A DNA stretch of 64,000 nucleotides from an uncultured Verrucomicrobiae bacterium. GTDB lineage: Bacteria > Verrucomicrobiota > Verrucomicrobiia > Chthoniobacterales > Chthoniobacteraceae. This document shows positions 1-9,404 of the stretch, piece by piece. The stretch covers positions 1 to 64,000 of the forward strand of contig CAVYKI010000009.1 of NCBI GenBank assembly GCA_963769025.1. The letters are read 5' to 3'. The notes under the pieces are model-generated. The model was not told the DNA's origin. It saw only the letters and a list, made by a program, of their open reading frames with translations, and ran no database searches. The stretch's first letter is position 1; each line of letters starts with the position of its first letter. Position numbers and translations under genes: made by a program.

Positions 1-484
1 CAATGTATTGCTCCTGCACGGCTTTGAACACCAGCCTCTCACTGAACTCACGGCTCACGTAGGTAGCACCTTCGATGATGCTGCGGAGGGCGTCGCCGAT
101 ATGTTCGAGGGGTTGCGCCTTGGTAAGATAGCCTTTTGCCCCCGCGCGGAGGGCCCGGAGGGCATACAGGGACTCATCGTGGTTCGAGAGCATCAGTATC
201 TTCAGCAGCGGGCGTTCAGAGAGCATGAGCTTTATGAGTTCGATGCCGTTCATTCCTGGCATCGCGACTTCCATCGGCACGAGATCCGGATTCAAAGCCC
301 GCATAGCCTCGAGCGCCGACCGTCCATTTTCGGCCTCGCCACAGACCGTCACCTCGGGGACTTGCTCGAACATGTGCCGGATGCCGTATCGCACGATCGG
401 ATGGGCGTCCACCACGAGCAGCCGCTTCGATGCGCCATTGGGTTCATAACTACTGACTACGCTCGCCCTTTTTGGGCTTTCCAC
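1..484 (-). CDS. NarL/FixJ-family response regulator receiver domain (partial, runs off window start; degenerate active site)
   Basis: Not in the ORF track. Manual minus-strand translation gives KRLLVVDAHPIVRYGIRHMFEQVPEVTVCGEAENGRSALEAMRALNPDLVPMEVAMPGMNGIELIK...KILMLSNHDESLYALRALRAGAKGYLTK. Start uncertain (GTG 484, ATG 526, or ATG 447/438 with an indel). Confidence 0.85.
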   Translation of the reverse strand, partial: MESPKRASVVSSYEPNGASKRLLVVDAHPIVRYGIRHMFEQVPEVTVCGEAENGRSALEAMRALNPDLVPMEVAMPGMNGIELIKLMLSERPLLKILMLSNHDESLYALRALRAGAKGYLTKAQPLEHIGDALRSIIEGATYVSREFSERLVFKAVQEQYI

Positions 485-953
485 ATCGGCTCCCGTTATC
501 GGTGCTGAGTATACGGTGTTCCGCATCTGCGAGGACAAACACGTCTTGAAGACCTCGGATGGTGCCGAGGCCGGCAGGGTGCCCGATTCTTCTGCGCCGC
601 GGACGGCAGCGCCTTCCGCGGAAGGCCGGAAAAACCGGGACGCCGACGCGGCTGATCAGCCCGACAAGAAGCAGGACAAACCTGAGGCGAAGGAAGGGCG
701 CTCGGAACCGGAGACGCGAAAGAAGAACAAGAAAACCGGAGATGAGAAGGTGGAAAAGCGGGAGCCCAACCCGAACACGGACGACAAATCAGGAAAAGCG
801 ACGGAGAAGACTCGGTCCGGGCAGGAAAGTGGCAGCCCCCGCGGCAATCGTGCTGAGGAACCGAGTAAGATCGGGGAGCCGAACGAGAAAAAAGAAAGCG
901 ATTCCCCCCGCGAGCGCAGCGGGGCCGAGCGGGAAAAGCGCTCAAAGGAATAG
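450..953 (+). pseudogene. probable remnant of a secreted protein with a highly charged low-complexity tail
   Basis: Frame open from 450 reads LLTTLALFGLSTSAPVIGA-EYTVFRICEDKHVLKTSDGAEAGRV (signal-peptide-like, no start codon), then a K/E/D/S-rich tail. A terminator-like hairpin follows. Confidence 0.45.
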
Positions 954-1013
954 CGGGACCGAAGGAAAGCTGAGACCCCACATTGGTTTCGCCGCCGGCA
1001 AAAAGCAGCGAGG

Positions 1014-1045
1014 AAGAGCCAGCCACTCGATTGTGGCTGGCTCTT
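1014..1045 (+). terminator. intrinsic terminator-like hairpin
   Basis: AAGAGCCAGCCAC-TCGATT-GTGGCTGGCTCTT, a perfect 13-bp stem followed by T-rich sequence. Confidence 0.6.
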
Positions 1046-1311
1046 TGTGGTTGTTCGCCGACCTCCGCCATCGCTTTCGCAAGAGGCGCACGGAGGTCGG
1101 ATTTGCTCATCTCAGGAATCGATGGGCAGCAGCCTCCAAGCAGTTTATCCGCTTGAAGCACCCTCAACCACCGCACCGCACGCGAATTCTACTTTAGCAT
1201 GTGCCTCCAAGTCTCCCATCTTCTCCGACATCCGTGGCTGATGAGTGGCGTGGGGAAAGTCGTTTTTGAGGCGCAGCACGGCGGGTCTTACCAGGCTGCG
1301 CTCACAGCTTC

Positions 1312-3669
1312 ATGAAAATCGCCAAAACCAGTTCCGCGGTATCTGCGCTCAGCGGGATATACAGTCTGCTTCTCACAGTTTCCGTGGTGGCGGCACTCTG
1401 GGTGGGCAAAATCATTTTAATCCCGTTGGCACTCGCCGCACTCCTGGCTTTTTTGCTTTCTCCCGTTGTGCGGCGGATGGAGCGTTGGATTGGGAGAACG
1501 GTGGCGATTTTGCTCGTGGTGACGTTCGTCGCCGCAAGCACGGGTTTCGCCGGCTACGTGGTGACCCGGCAGGTCATCGACTTGGCCGCCAAGCTGCCGG
1601 ATTACAAGGCCAACATCCAGACGAAGCTACGGTCGTTTCAAGGGAAAAAAGGAGGTTCCCTCAGCCGTGTGACTGAAACATTGGAGGAATTGAAGAAGGA
1701 GCTTCCTGGCGCGACGAAGGAGGAGACTGAGCCAACCCCGACGAAGGCTGCTCCTGAGCGCGCCGTGCCAGTCAAGGTGGTGGAGGAGCAATCGTTCCTC
1801 GGGGATACCATTCAGACGTTTCTCGGATCGTTAATGGGCGCGTTGGGAACGGGCGGGTTGGTCTTGTTGCTGGTCGTCTTCATGCTTTTGCAACGGGAGG
1901 ACTTGCGAGGTCGCTTCATCCGACTCATCGGCCAAGGCCGCATCAGCGCGATTACACGCGCCATGGACGATGCCAGCCAGCGCGTCTCCCGCTACCTGCT
2001 GATGCAACTGGTCATCAACGTCACCTACGGGATCGCAATCGGGGCGGGGTTGTATTTTATCGGAATTCCGAACGCCATCCTGTGGGGCGGGCTGGCGATC
2101 GTTTTGCGCTTCATTCCCTACGTTGGCCCCTGGGTGGCGGCCGCATTCCCGATCCTACTTTCTCTGGCAATTTCCGATCGCTGGGAAATGCCACTGTTTA
2201 CGCTGAGTTTGTTCCTGGTCATTGAGCTAATCAGTAATAATGTGATGGAACCATGGCTTTACGGCTCGAGCACGGGCGTTTCGTCGATGGCCCTCATCGT
2301 GGGAGCTGTCGCTTGGACGTGGCTCTGGGGGCCGATAGGGCTGGTACTCGCGACGCCTCTTACGGTGTGCCTCGTGGTGATGGGCCGACATGTGCCGAAG
2401 CTCCAGTACCTCAGCGTTCTCCTCAGCGACGAGCAAGCCTTGGCGCCGCATGAAGAATGTTACCACCGCATGCTGGCCACCGATCAGGATGCGGCGATTT
2501 CCTTTGTGGACTCGTATCTCACGGCCAACTCTCTCACGCAGCTTTATGACAGCGTGCTCATTCCGGTGCTGACGGCGGCAGAGGTGGACCACCGGAGGGA
2601 ATCCCTCGATGCCGAGCAATTGACCGCAATGCACCAAAGCCTTCGGGATCTGGTGGAAGATTTTGCCACACGACCGGCCGTGGAGTCGAAAGTCCCTGCC
2701 GACACTCACACCGCGGAAACAGGGGGGAACGCAGAGCCGTCGCCGAGGTGTCGCGTGCTCTGCCTTCCCTCGCGTTCCGTCCGCGATGAAATATCTGCCG
2801 AGATGCTTACGCAGCTTCTCACCCAGCAGTCGTTCGTCGCTGGATATGAGTCGGCGCAACTGACCAGCGGAGAGCTGATTGATCGCGTGGACAAGAGCGG
2901 TGCCGACGCAGTTTGCATCTCGGTGGTGCCGCCCTCCACTGTGATCCATGCCCGCTATTTATGCGTCCGGCTGCGGCAGCGATACCCGCTGCTCCGCATT
3001 GTCGTCGGGCTTTGGGGCGCCACGGAAGGCGTCGCCGATTCAGCTCACCGTCTGCGCGCATCCGGCGCGGATGAAGTCGTTGTTTCGTTTGCCGAAGCCG
3101 TCGTGCAGCTCGGCAAAATCTCCGCACATTTGGCGGAAGAGATGACTCTTGCGCCCATTCCCGCCGACGAGGATATCCGCCTCGCGGCGCTGAACGAGCT
3201 GCACCTCCTCGACTCCGCTCCCGACCCGCTTTTCGACCGGGTCACCACCAAGCTCGCTCGGATATTCGAAGTGCCGATTGCCTTGGCGACACTCGTGGAT
3301 TCCGAACGGCAGGTTTTCAAGGCGCAGATTGGGCTTCCGGAGGACCTGGCGGCGGAGGGCTGCACGCTTCGCTCGGTCTCGGTTTGCGGGCACGTGGTCG
3401 CGAGCAACGACATCATTGTCGTCGAAGATCTCGCTCGCGATCCGCGCTTCGCCAATAACCCGTTTCTCAAGGTGCGTGGCCTGCGCTTTTACGCCGGCGT
3501 GCCATTGCGGGCTCCCAATGGCCAGCCAATCGGCTCGCTGTGCATCATCGACTACAAGCCGCGAAAAATATCAGAACGCGAAAAAAGGCTTCTGATGATG
3601 GTTGCCGAGGAAGCCATGGAGGAGCTGAAGGCGAGGACCGATTTGGCGTCTGCTACCGCTGCGGCATAG
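1312..3669 (+). CDS. AI-2E family transporter fused to a B12-binding-like Rossmann domain and a C-terminal GAF domain
   Basis: Multi-TM N-terminus with LRFIPYVGP and NNVMEPWLYG...WLWGPIGLVLATPLT; C-terminal RLAALNELHLLDS...DPRFANNPF...LRFYAGVPLRAPNGQPIGSLCIID (GAF). Confidence 0.9.
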   Translation: MKIAKTSSAVSALSGIYSLLLTVSVVAALWVGKIILIPLALAALLAFLLSPVVRRMERWIGRTVAILLVVTFVAASTGFAGYVVTRQVIDLAAKLPDYKANIQTKLRSFQGKKGGSLSRVTETLEELKKELPGATKEETEPTPTKAAPERAVPVKVVEEQSFLGDTIQTFLGSLMGALGTGGLVLLLVVFMLLQREDLRGRFIRLIGQGRISAITRAMDDASQRVSRYLLMQLVINVTYGIAIGAGLYFIGIPNAILWGGLAIVLRFIPYVGPWVAAAFPILLSLAISDRWEMPLFTLSLFLVIELISNNVMEPWLYGSSTGVSSMALIVGAVAWTWLWGPIGLVLATPLTVCLVVMGRHVPKLQYLSVLLSDEQALAPHEECYHRMLATDQDAAISFVDSYLTANSLTQLYDSVLIPVLTAAEVDHRRESLDAEQLTAMHQSLRDLVEDFATRPAVESKVPADTHTAETGGNAEPSPRCRVLCLPSRSVRDEISAEMLTQLLTQQSFVAGYESAQLTSGELIDRVDKSGADAVCISVVPPSTVIHARYLCVRLRQRYPLLRIVVGLWGATEGVADSAHRLRASGADEVVVSFAEAVVQLGKISAHLAEEMTLAPIPADEDIRLAALNELHLLDSAPDPLFDRVTTKLARIFEVPIALATLVDSERQVFKAQIGLPEDLAAEGCTLRSVSVCGHVVASNDIIVVEDLARDPRFANNPFLKVRGLRFYAGVPLRAPNGQPIGSLCIIDYKPRKISEREKRLLMMVAEEAMEELKARTDLASATAAA

Positions 3670-3816
3670 CCCCACGAGGGTTGCCGTGGTTTGGGAGATG
3701 TTCGAGCCGCTGCCGTCGGGGTGCGGCCTTAATACGTCATAAGGTCCGCGCAAATGGTCAAAAAGTGGAGTGGAGGAAACATCCAGAAAGTGAGCGACTG
3801 CGAAGGATCGATTGTT

Positions 3817-4296
3817 ATGAAGACTCCATTCCATACTCCACTCGCAATCCTTATCGCTACGGCATCCGTCGCCTCACTCCGTGCGCAGCCGCCGCCGGAT
3901 CGGCCACCGATACCACCGCCACCGGGAGCCCCGGACGCCCCGCCAATCCCAGTGCCGCCTCGTCCCGTGCCTCCGGCACCGAATCCTCCACCAATTCCAC
4001 CGCCACCAGTTCCGCCGCCACCGCGCCCACCGATTCCGCCGGATGCGAGCGTTTCGGTCGTCGCGACCGGGACCATCACGGAGTTCCGCCCTGGAACGAC
4101 CTTCATCGTGAGGGAAAGTTCCGGCCCGATCACCTACCACTACGGTGGCAAGGTCACCTACGTAACCAAGAAGGGCCGGGCCATTTCTGAGGATGCGCTG
4201 GAGAAGCGGCTGAAGGCAGGTGCCCAGGTGAGCGTGCACTACGTGAACGAAGACGGTCGGCGCGTATTGCGGCGTGTGGAGATCGAGGAGGACTAG
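3817..4296 (+). CDS. secreted proline-rich protein with a small C-terminal beta domain
   Basis: Signal peptide MKTPFHTPLAILIATASVASLRA, poly-Pro linker, globular tail TGTITEFRPG...VSVHYVNEDGRRVLRRVEIEED. Confidence 0.75.
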   Translation: MKTPFHTPLAILIATASVASLRAQPPPDRPPIPPPPGAPDAPPIPVPPRPVPPAPNPPPIPPPPVPPPPRPPIPPDASVSVVATGTITEFRPGTTFIVRESSGPITYHYGGKVTYVTKKGRAISEDALEKRLKAGAQVSVHYVNEDGRRVLRRVEIEED

Positions 4297-4448
4297 GCTG
4301 TCGGTTGGGTACAAATGCCCGGTCCCTCAGAGCGGGGGGGCCGGGCAACGAGGGGCGAGCGGTCCGGGGGAAAATGGCGGTATCCGTTTAAGATTTGAGG
4401 ACGTCTCAGCCGAGCACCGCAAGTTGTCAGGGCCCCGTTTATAAAATG

Positions 4449-4485
4449 AAGCGCGCGCCTACTGCGAAGCAGCGGGCGCGCGCTT
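4449..4485 (-). terminator. intrinsic terminator-like hairpin downstream of the 4504-5028 gene
   Basis: AAGCGCGCGCC...GGGCGCGCGCTT inverted repeat followed on the minus strand by CATTTTAT. Confidence 0.6.
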
Positions 4486-4503
4486 GTGTCGTCGTGATGT
4501 GAA

Positions 4504-5028
4504 TCAGCTCTTCGGGACGGCGCTCTCGCTGGCAGTCGTGATATCCTCGGCTTTGGCAGCCTTGAAGATCGTCTTGGCGCGATCCTCCTGCTCATCATTG
4601 GCGACATGAACCGAGACGAGGTAGTTGCCCTTCTTCAGCTTTTCCTCATATCGCTTCGCTTCGAGTTCAGGGATGCCCAGACCGATGAGGCCGCCTACGA
4701 CACCCCCCGCCGTGGCCCCGAGCGCGGCGCCTCCGAGAGCTGCCATGATCGGCCCCGCAGCGATGAAAGGCCCGATTCCAGGAATGGCCAGCGAACCGAC
4801 ACCAGCGAGCAGTCCGAGAATCCCTCCGGCAACGCCGCCAGCGGCTGCGCCAGTCGCGGTCCCTTCCGGCGCTTTGGAAGTTTTCACGTGACCCATGTCA
4901 TGCGTGCCAGCGGTATCAGGCAGCAGGACGGAGATTTCGGAATCTGAGAAGCCATGGGACTTAAGACCACGGATGATCTCCAAGGCCTGGCCTTGGGTAG
5001 TTGCAATGCAGAATACGGATTTTGACAT
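4504..5028 (-). CDS. general stress protein (17M/YflT-like, glycine-zipper membrane protein)
   Basis: GATGAAAGGVAGGILGLLAGVGSLAIPGIGPFIAAGP...GLGIPELEAKRYEEKLKKGNYLVSVH. Confidence 0.8.
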   Translation of the reverse strand: MSKSVFCIATTQGQALEIIRGLKSHGFSDSEISVLLPDTAGTHDMGHVKTSKAPEGTATGAAAGGVAGGILGLLAGVGSLAIPGIGPFIAAGPIMAALGGAALGATAGGVVGGLIGLGIPELEAKRYEEKLKKGNYLVSVHVANDEQEDRAKTIFKAAKAEDITTASESAVPKS

Positions 5029-5080
5029 GGAATGCTAATGGTTGTTGTTTTGGTTGTGGGTTTTAGGTTGCAGCTAAGAG

Positions 5081-5464
5081 TTAGTTGCCAGCTTTGACCT
5101 CGAGCTGGTTGTCGACCTTGTCTTTGCCGGCAGACTTCGTCGCATGGGATTCAATCGTGGTCTTTTCTTGGGCGCTATTGACTACGCCCCGCAGCGTGAC
5201 ATGCCCGCCGTTCGTGATGATCTTGCAGTTCTTGGCGGTCGCCGAAAGAGAACTGTCGTCCACCACCAGTTTGCGAATCGCCGCGACGAGTTTGCGGTCC
5301 TCGGGAGCGTTGGATTGGTCCATCGGAGTCTTGGTCTCCCCGGATTTATCCCGTTGATTGCGGCTCGTATTGTCTGCATCCCGCTGTTTGTCCTCCGCGG
5401 TGACACAGGAGAGGGTAAGGGCGAGGAACGTTGCGGTGAGGAATGAGTTGTAGGATTTCATCAT
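5081..5464 (-). CDS. secreted BON-domain protein (OsmY-like)
   Basis: Signal peptide, DNTSRNQRD..TPMDQSN, IRKLVVDDSSLS...GHVTLRGVV...VDNQLEV. Confidence 0.88.
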   Translation of the reverse strand: MMKSYNSFLTATFLALTLSCVTAEDKQRDADNTSRNQRDKSGETKTPMDQSNAPEDRKLVAAIRKLVVDDSSLSATAKNCKIITNGGHVTLRGVVNSAQEKTTIESHATKSAGKDKVDNQLEVKAGN

Positions 5465-5810
5465 TCATGGAATCGCCGGAAGGAGAGCTGTGGACGTATC
5501 AAAAATCCGCTTGGTCCATATTCGGCTATTTGTGCGATAGCCGTCACTTGACTGGGCAACGACAAGGAGGCCCGGTTACGACTCGCATCCAAACCTCCGC
5601 GAACGAACTGTTGAGCGGACGGTTTTCGGATTCCCTGTCTGGTCGGAGCGCGGTCAAGTGTGGACAGCTGAAGCTTGCCCAAAGGAGGGGCAAAAAGTGC
5701 GTTCGTGGATACGCGCAGTTTGCCGCACTGCGGCGAACAGGAGGCCGAGGAAAGAACTTCCTCCGTGCGATGCTGCAGGCGTCGTTTGCGAATCTCATCC
5801 AAGGAGCACC

Positions 5811-6704
5811 ATGTTAATCAGAGCCGGTTACGAAATTGCATTTTACCATCCAACGCCTACCCCGATGTCGCTATTGCTGCGCATTCATCCGTCGCGCGAG
5901 GCAGACATTTGCGAGGAGCAGGTATGCGTGGAGCCAGCCGTCCCGATAGAACGCCTGCTCGATTCTTTCGGCAACCGCAGTGAACGCCTTATCGCTCCGG
6001 CGGGGCAATTGCGATTGCGCGCTGATGCGGTTATCCAAGATTCGGGCCTTCCTGATCCCATCTCACTCAATGCAGGCCAAGTCCCGATAGAAGAACTCCC
6101 TCCCGCAGTCCTGCCCTACCTCATGAGCAGCCGATACTGTGAGGTGGACAAGTTGAGCGATACGGCGTGGCAACTGTTTGGCCATACACCGACCGGTTGG
6201 CAGCGGGTGCAGGCAATCTGCGATTGGGTCCATGGGCATGTGCGCTTCGGATATGGTTTTGCGCGACCCACGAAATCAGCGTCTGACACTTTTGTGGAAG
6301 GTGCCGGGGTGTGCCGGGACTTCACCCACCTGGCCGTGACCTTTTGCCGCTGCATGAATATCCCGGCAAGGTATGTGAGCGGTTATCTGGGAGATATCGG
6401 CGTTCCGCCGCTTCCATGCCCGATGGATCTTTCCGCCTGGTTCGAAGTGTGGCTGGGGGGGGCGTGGCACACGTTCGACGCACGGCACAATCAGCGTCGC
6501 ATTGGGCGCATCCTCATGAGCACCGGACGGGACGCGACGGACACCGCATTTACTACGTCCTTTGGCCAAAGCCTGCTTCTTGATTTCAAAATTTGGACAG
6601 ATGAGATCTCGACGACGGAATCGCCGCTTTGGTCGAATCGTCCGGGACGGATCGCCCACCACGAAGATGACAACACTCCACATTCTGCACCCGCCATTGT
6701 CTGA
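5811..6704 (+). CDS. transglutaminase-like family protein
   Basis: YLMSSRYCEVD, GVCRDFTHLA, IPARYVSGYLGDIG, AWFEVWLGGAWHTFDAR. Confidence 0.9.
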   Translation: MLIRAGYEIAFYHPTPTPMSLLLRIHPSREADICEEQVCVEPAVPIERLLDSFGNRSERLIAPAGQLRLRADAVIQDSGLPDPISLNAGQVPIEELPPAVLPYLMSSRYCEVDKLSDTAWQLFGHTPTGWQRVQAICDWVHGHVRFGYGFARPTKSASDTFVEGAGVCRDFTHLAVTFCRCMNIPARYVSGYLGDIGVPPLPCPMDLSAWFEVWLGGAWHTFDARHNQRRIGRILMSTGRDATDTAFTTSFGQSLLLDFKIWTDEISTTESPLWSNRPGRIAHHEDDNTPHSAPAIV

Positions 6705-6862
6705 AGCGTGACGACGAGTCTAAAGGCCGAGTGCAGTGCTCAGTTCACCACGGAGCATTTCTGCGCTGAGCACGGAACTGTGCGACGCGAATGCTCCGTT
6801 TTCCTGAGTTTTCAAGAAAACAATAGGCGCGCGGCTTCTGTGAAATGCGAAATGATTGCACG

Positions 6863-6979
6863 ATGAAAAAGAATACACACCACTCAGAGAGCGGAAAGAT
6901 CGGCTGGATATTCCTTTGGTTGCTCGGCGTGCCGCTACCGATTCTCCTAGTCGTCTATCTCCTGCGGGGTTGCACCTAG
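6863..6979 (+). CDS. 38-aa single-TM small protein upstream of Ku
   Basis: Below the ORF-track cutoff: MKKNTHHSESGKIGWIFLWLLGVPLPILLVVYLLRGCT*; stop is 13 nt before the Ku ATG. Confidence 0.75.
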   Translation: MKKNTHHSESGKIGWIFLWLLGVPLPILLVVYLLRGCT

Positions 6980-6992
6980 AAGTCCCGGCACC

Positions 6993-7831
6993 ATGCGAGC
7001 GATTTGGAAGGGCTCGATCAGCTTCGGGTTGGTCAATATCCCGATTGCGCTATTTTCGGCAACGCGTTCGGAGGAGCTCAAGTTTCGCCTTTTGCGGGAA
7101 GGGGATCTCAGCCCGGTGAACTACAAGCGCGTGGCTGAAGCCGATGGCAAGGAGGTGCCGTGGGATAAGATCGTGAAGGGTTACGAATACGAGAAGGGCA
7201 AGTTCGTGGTGTTGAAGGACGAGGATTTCAAGCGCGTCGACATCGAGGCGACGCAAACGGTGGACATCCTGAGTTTTGTGAATCTTAAGGAGGTCAACCC
7301 GATCTTCTTTCACAAACCGTATTACATGGAGCCGCATGAAGGGCGGGGATAAGGCCTATGTGCTGCTGCGCGAGGCGCTGGGAGCGAGTGGTAAGATCGC
7401 GATCGCCAAGGTGGTCATCAAAACGCGGCAGCATCTCGCTGCGGTGAAGCCGCAGGAAAAGGGCCTGATGCTGGAACTCATGCATTTTGCCAATGAGTTG
7501 ATCGACATCGAGGAGTTCAAGCTGCCGGCGACGAAGGAAGTGGGAAAGAAGGAGCTACAGATGGCGAAGGCGCTCATTGACTCGATGTCCGCAGAATGGA
7601 AGCCCGGCGGAATACGAGGACGAATACCGCGAGGCGTTGGAAAAGGTGATCGAGGAAAAGATCGAGAAGGGCGACAAGGCTGCTCCGAAACCTTCGCGCA
7701 GGACGAGGCCGACCAACGTCATCGATCTCGTATCGGTGCTGCAAAAGAGTCTCGCGGAATCCGGTGCTGGAAAAAAGAAGACAAAGGCTCCGGCCAAGGC
7801 GGTGCGGAAACCGCGGCGGAAGGCGGCGTGA
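6993..7831 (+). CDS. ku: NHEJ Ku protein (two apparent frameshifts, near 7335 and 7605)
   Basis: MRAIWKGSISFGLVNIPI...IVKGYEYEKG...KPYY / AYVLLREAL...LMHFANE / YEDEYREALEKVIEEK...NVIDLVSVLQKSL plus basic tail, spread over three frames. Confidence 0.93.
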
Positions 7832-7835
7832 TGCG

Positions 7836-9403
7836 ATGTCGCTGCGCGAATACAATCGCAAACGGGACTTTTCCCGAACAAGCGAGCCGGGCGGGTCTCG
7901 CGGAAAAAGGGCGGCGGAAGCGCATCGCTTTGTCATCCAGAAACACGACGCATCGAGGCTGCACTACGACTTTCGGCTGGAACTCGGCGGGACGCTGAAG
8001 TCTTGGGCGGTGCCGAAAGGGCTGCCTTTCAAGCGCGGCGAAAAGCGTCTCGCCGTGCAGGTGGAGGATCATCCGCTGGAGTACGCGGACTTCGAGGGTG
8101 TCATCCCGAAAGGCCAGTATGGCGGCGGGACTGTGATGGTATGGGATCGCGGAACGTATGAATCGCTCGGCAGCAATACGGAGAAGGATCTCGCCGCGGG
8201 CAAACTTCACTTCGCGCTGCACGGCGACAAGGTGGAGGGCGAGTGGACGCTCGTGCGCATCAAGCGCGCGGAGGATAACGAATGGCTGCTCATCAAGAGC
8301 GGTGATGACCATGCGGCCAGTTTCCAAAAAGAAGGACGACGACTCCGCGCTGTCTGGGCGAAGTATGGCGACGGATCGCGCGCGATCGGGACGCAGAATG
8401 GCGCTCGGGGCGGGCAGAGAAGACGGTGGAGTTGAAGTTCATCGCGCCGATGAAAGCCACGCTCGCCGCGGCGCCGCCCACAAGCGGCGACTGGCTGTAT
8501 GAACTGAAGTTCGATGGCTTTCGCGCGCTGGCACTGAAGAACGGCCATGACGTGCGGCTGATGTCGAGCAACGGCAAGGATTTCACCGCTCGCTTTCAGG
8601 AAATCGCGGACGGCGTGGCCGAGCTGCCAGGAGCGAGCGCGATCCTCGACGGCGAGATCGTGGCGCTCGATGACGAGGGCCGCTCGCGCTTTGAGTTGCT
8701 GCAAGCCATCGACACGAGCGCCGAGCGTCCGCCGCTCGCCTTTTACGTGTTCGACCTGCTCCAGCACGATGGCGCGGACCTTCGTGAGAAGCCGCTGCGC
8801 GAGCGTCGTGCGGCGTTGCAAAAGCTTCTCCGCAAAGCAGCGGACCCGGTTCGCTACTCCGCGGAAATCAAAGGCGATCCGACCGAACTGCTAGCGGAAG
8901 TCAGCCGTCGGGGATTGGAAGGCATCGTCGGGAAGGAGGCGGATTCCGCTTATGAGTCGGGCCGTCGCAGTCGCTCGTGGGTCAAACTGAAGTGCGTGGC
9001 CGAGCAGGAACTGGTGATCGGCGGTTACACTCCGCCGGAAGGCACGCGAAAGCATTTTGGCGCACTGCTTGTGGGCTATTACAAAGGCGATCGATTGCGC
9101 TTCGCCGGAAAGGTCGGCACGGGCTTCGATGCCGCCCTGCTAGGTTCCTTGCATCGAAAATTGCGCGCGCTTAGTCGCGAGTCGTGCCCCTTCGCCGATC
9201 TGCCGGAGACAAAGCAGGGGCGTTGGTCGCAGAATATTACCCCGCGTGAAATGAAACGCTGCCATTGGGTCGCGCCGAAACTCGTCTGCCAGGTCCGCTT
9301 CACCGAGTGGACGCGCGACGGAAAGTTGCGCCATCCCGTCTTCCTCGGCCTGCGCGAAGACAAGGCGGCGCGCGAAATCGTCCGCGAAACTCCCGCTGTC
9401 TGA
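7836..9403 (+). CDS. ligD: LigD 3'-phosphoesterase fused to ATP-dependent ligase domain (frameshifts near 8310 and 8370)
   Basis: MSLREYNRKRDFSRTSEP...FVIQKHDASRLHYDFRLE...VEDHPLEY (PE). Linker reconstructs as SGRSMA-RIARDRDAEWRSGRAEKTVELKFIAPM, leading into YELKFDGFR, LEGIVGK, WVKLK, LRHPVFLGLREDK. Confidence 0.9.
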
Positions 9404-9404
9404 C

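Noticed and set aside
8..508. 166-aa plus-strand ORF
   Set aside because: Antisense shadow of the minus-strand response regulator
3890..4040. Repetitive CCG/CCA tract as a DNA repeat array
   Set aside because: Explained by poly-proline coding
6415..6445. Transglutaminase with Ser in place of the catalytic His (DLSAW)
   Set aside because: To my knowledge a D(F/L)SAW variant is common in this bacterial subfamily, so it is not evidence of novelty
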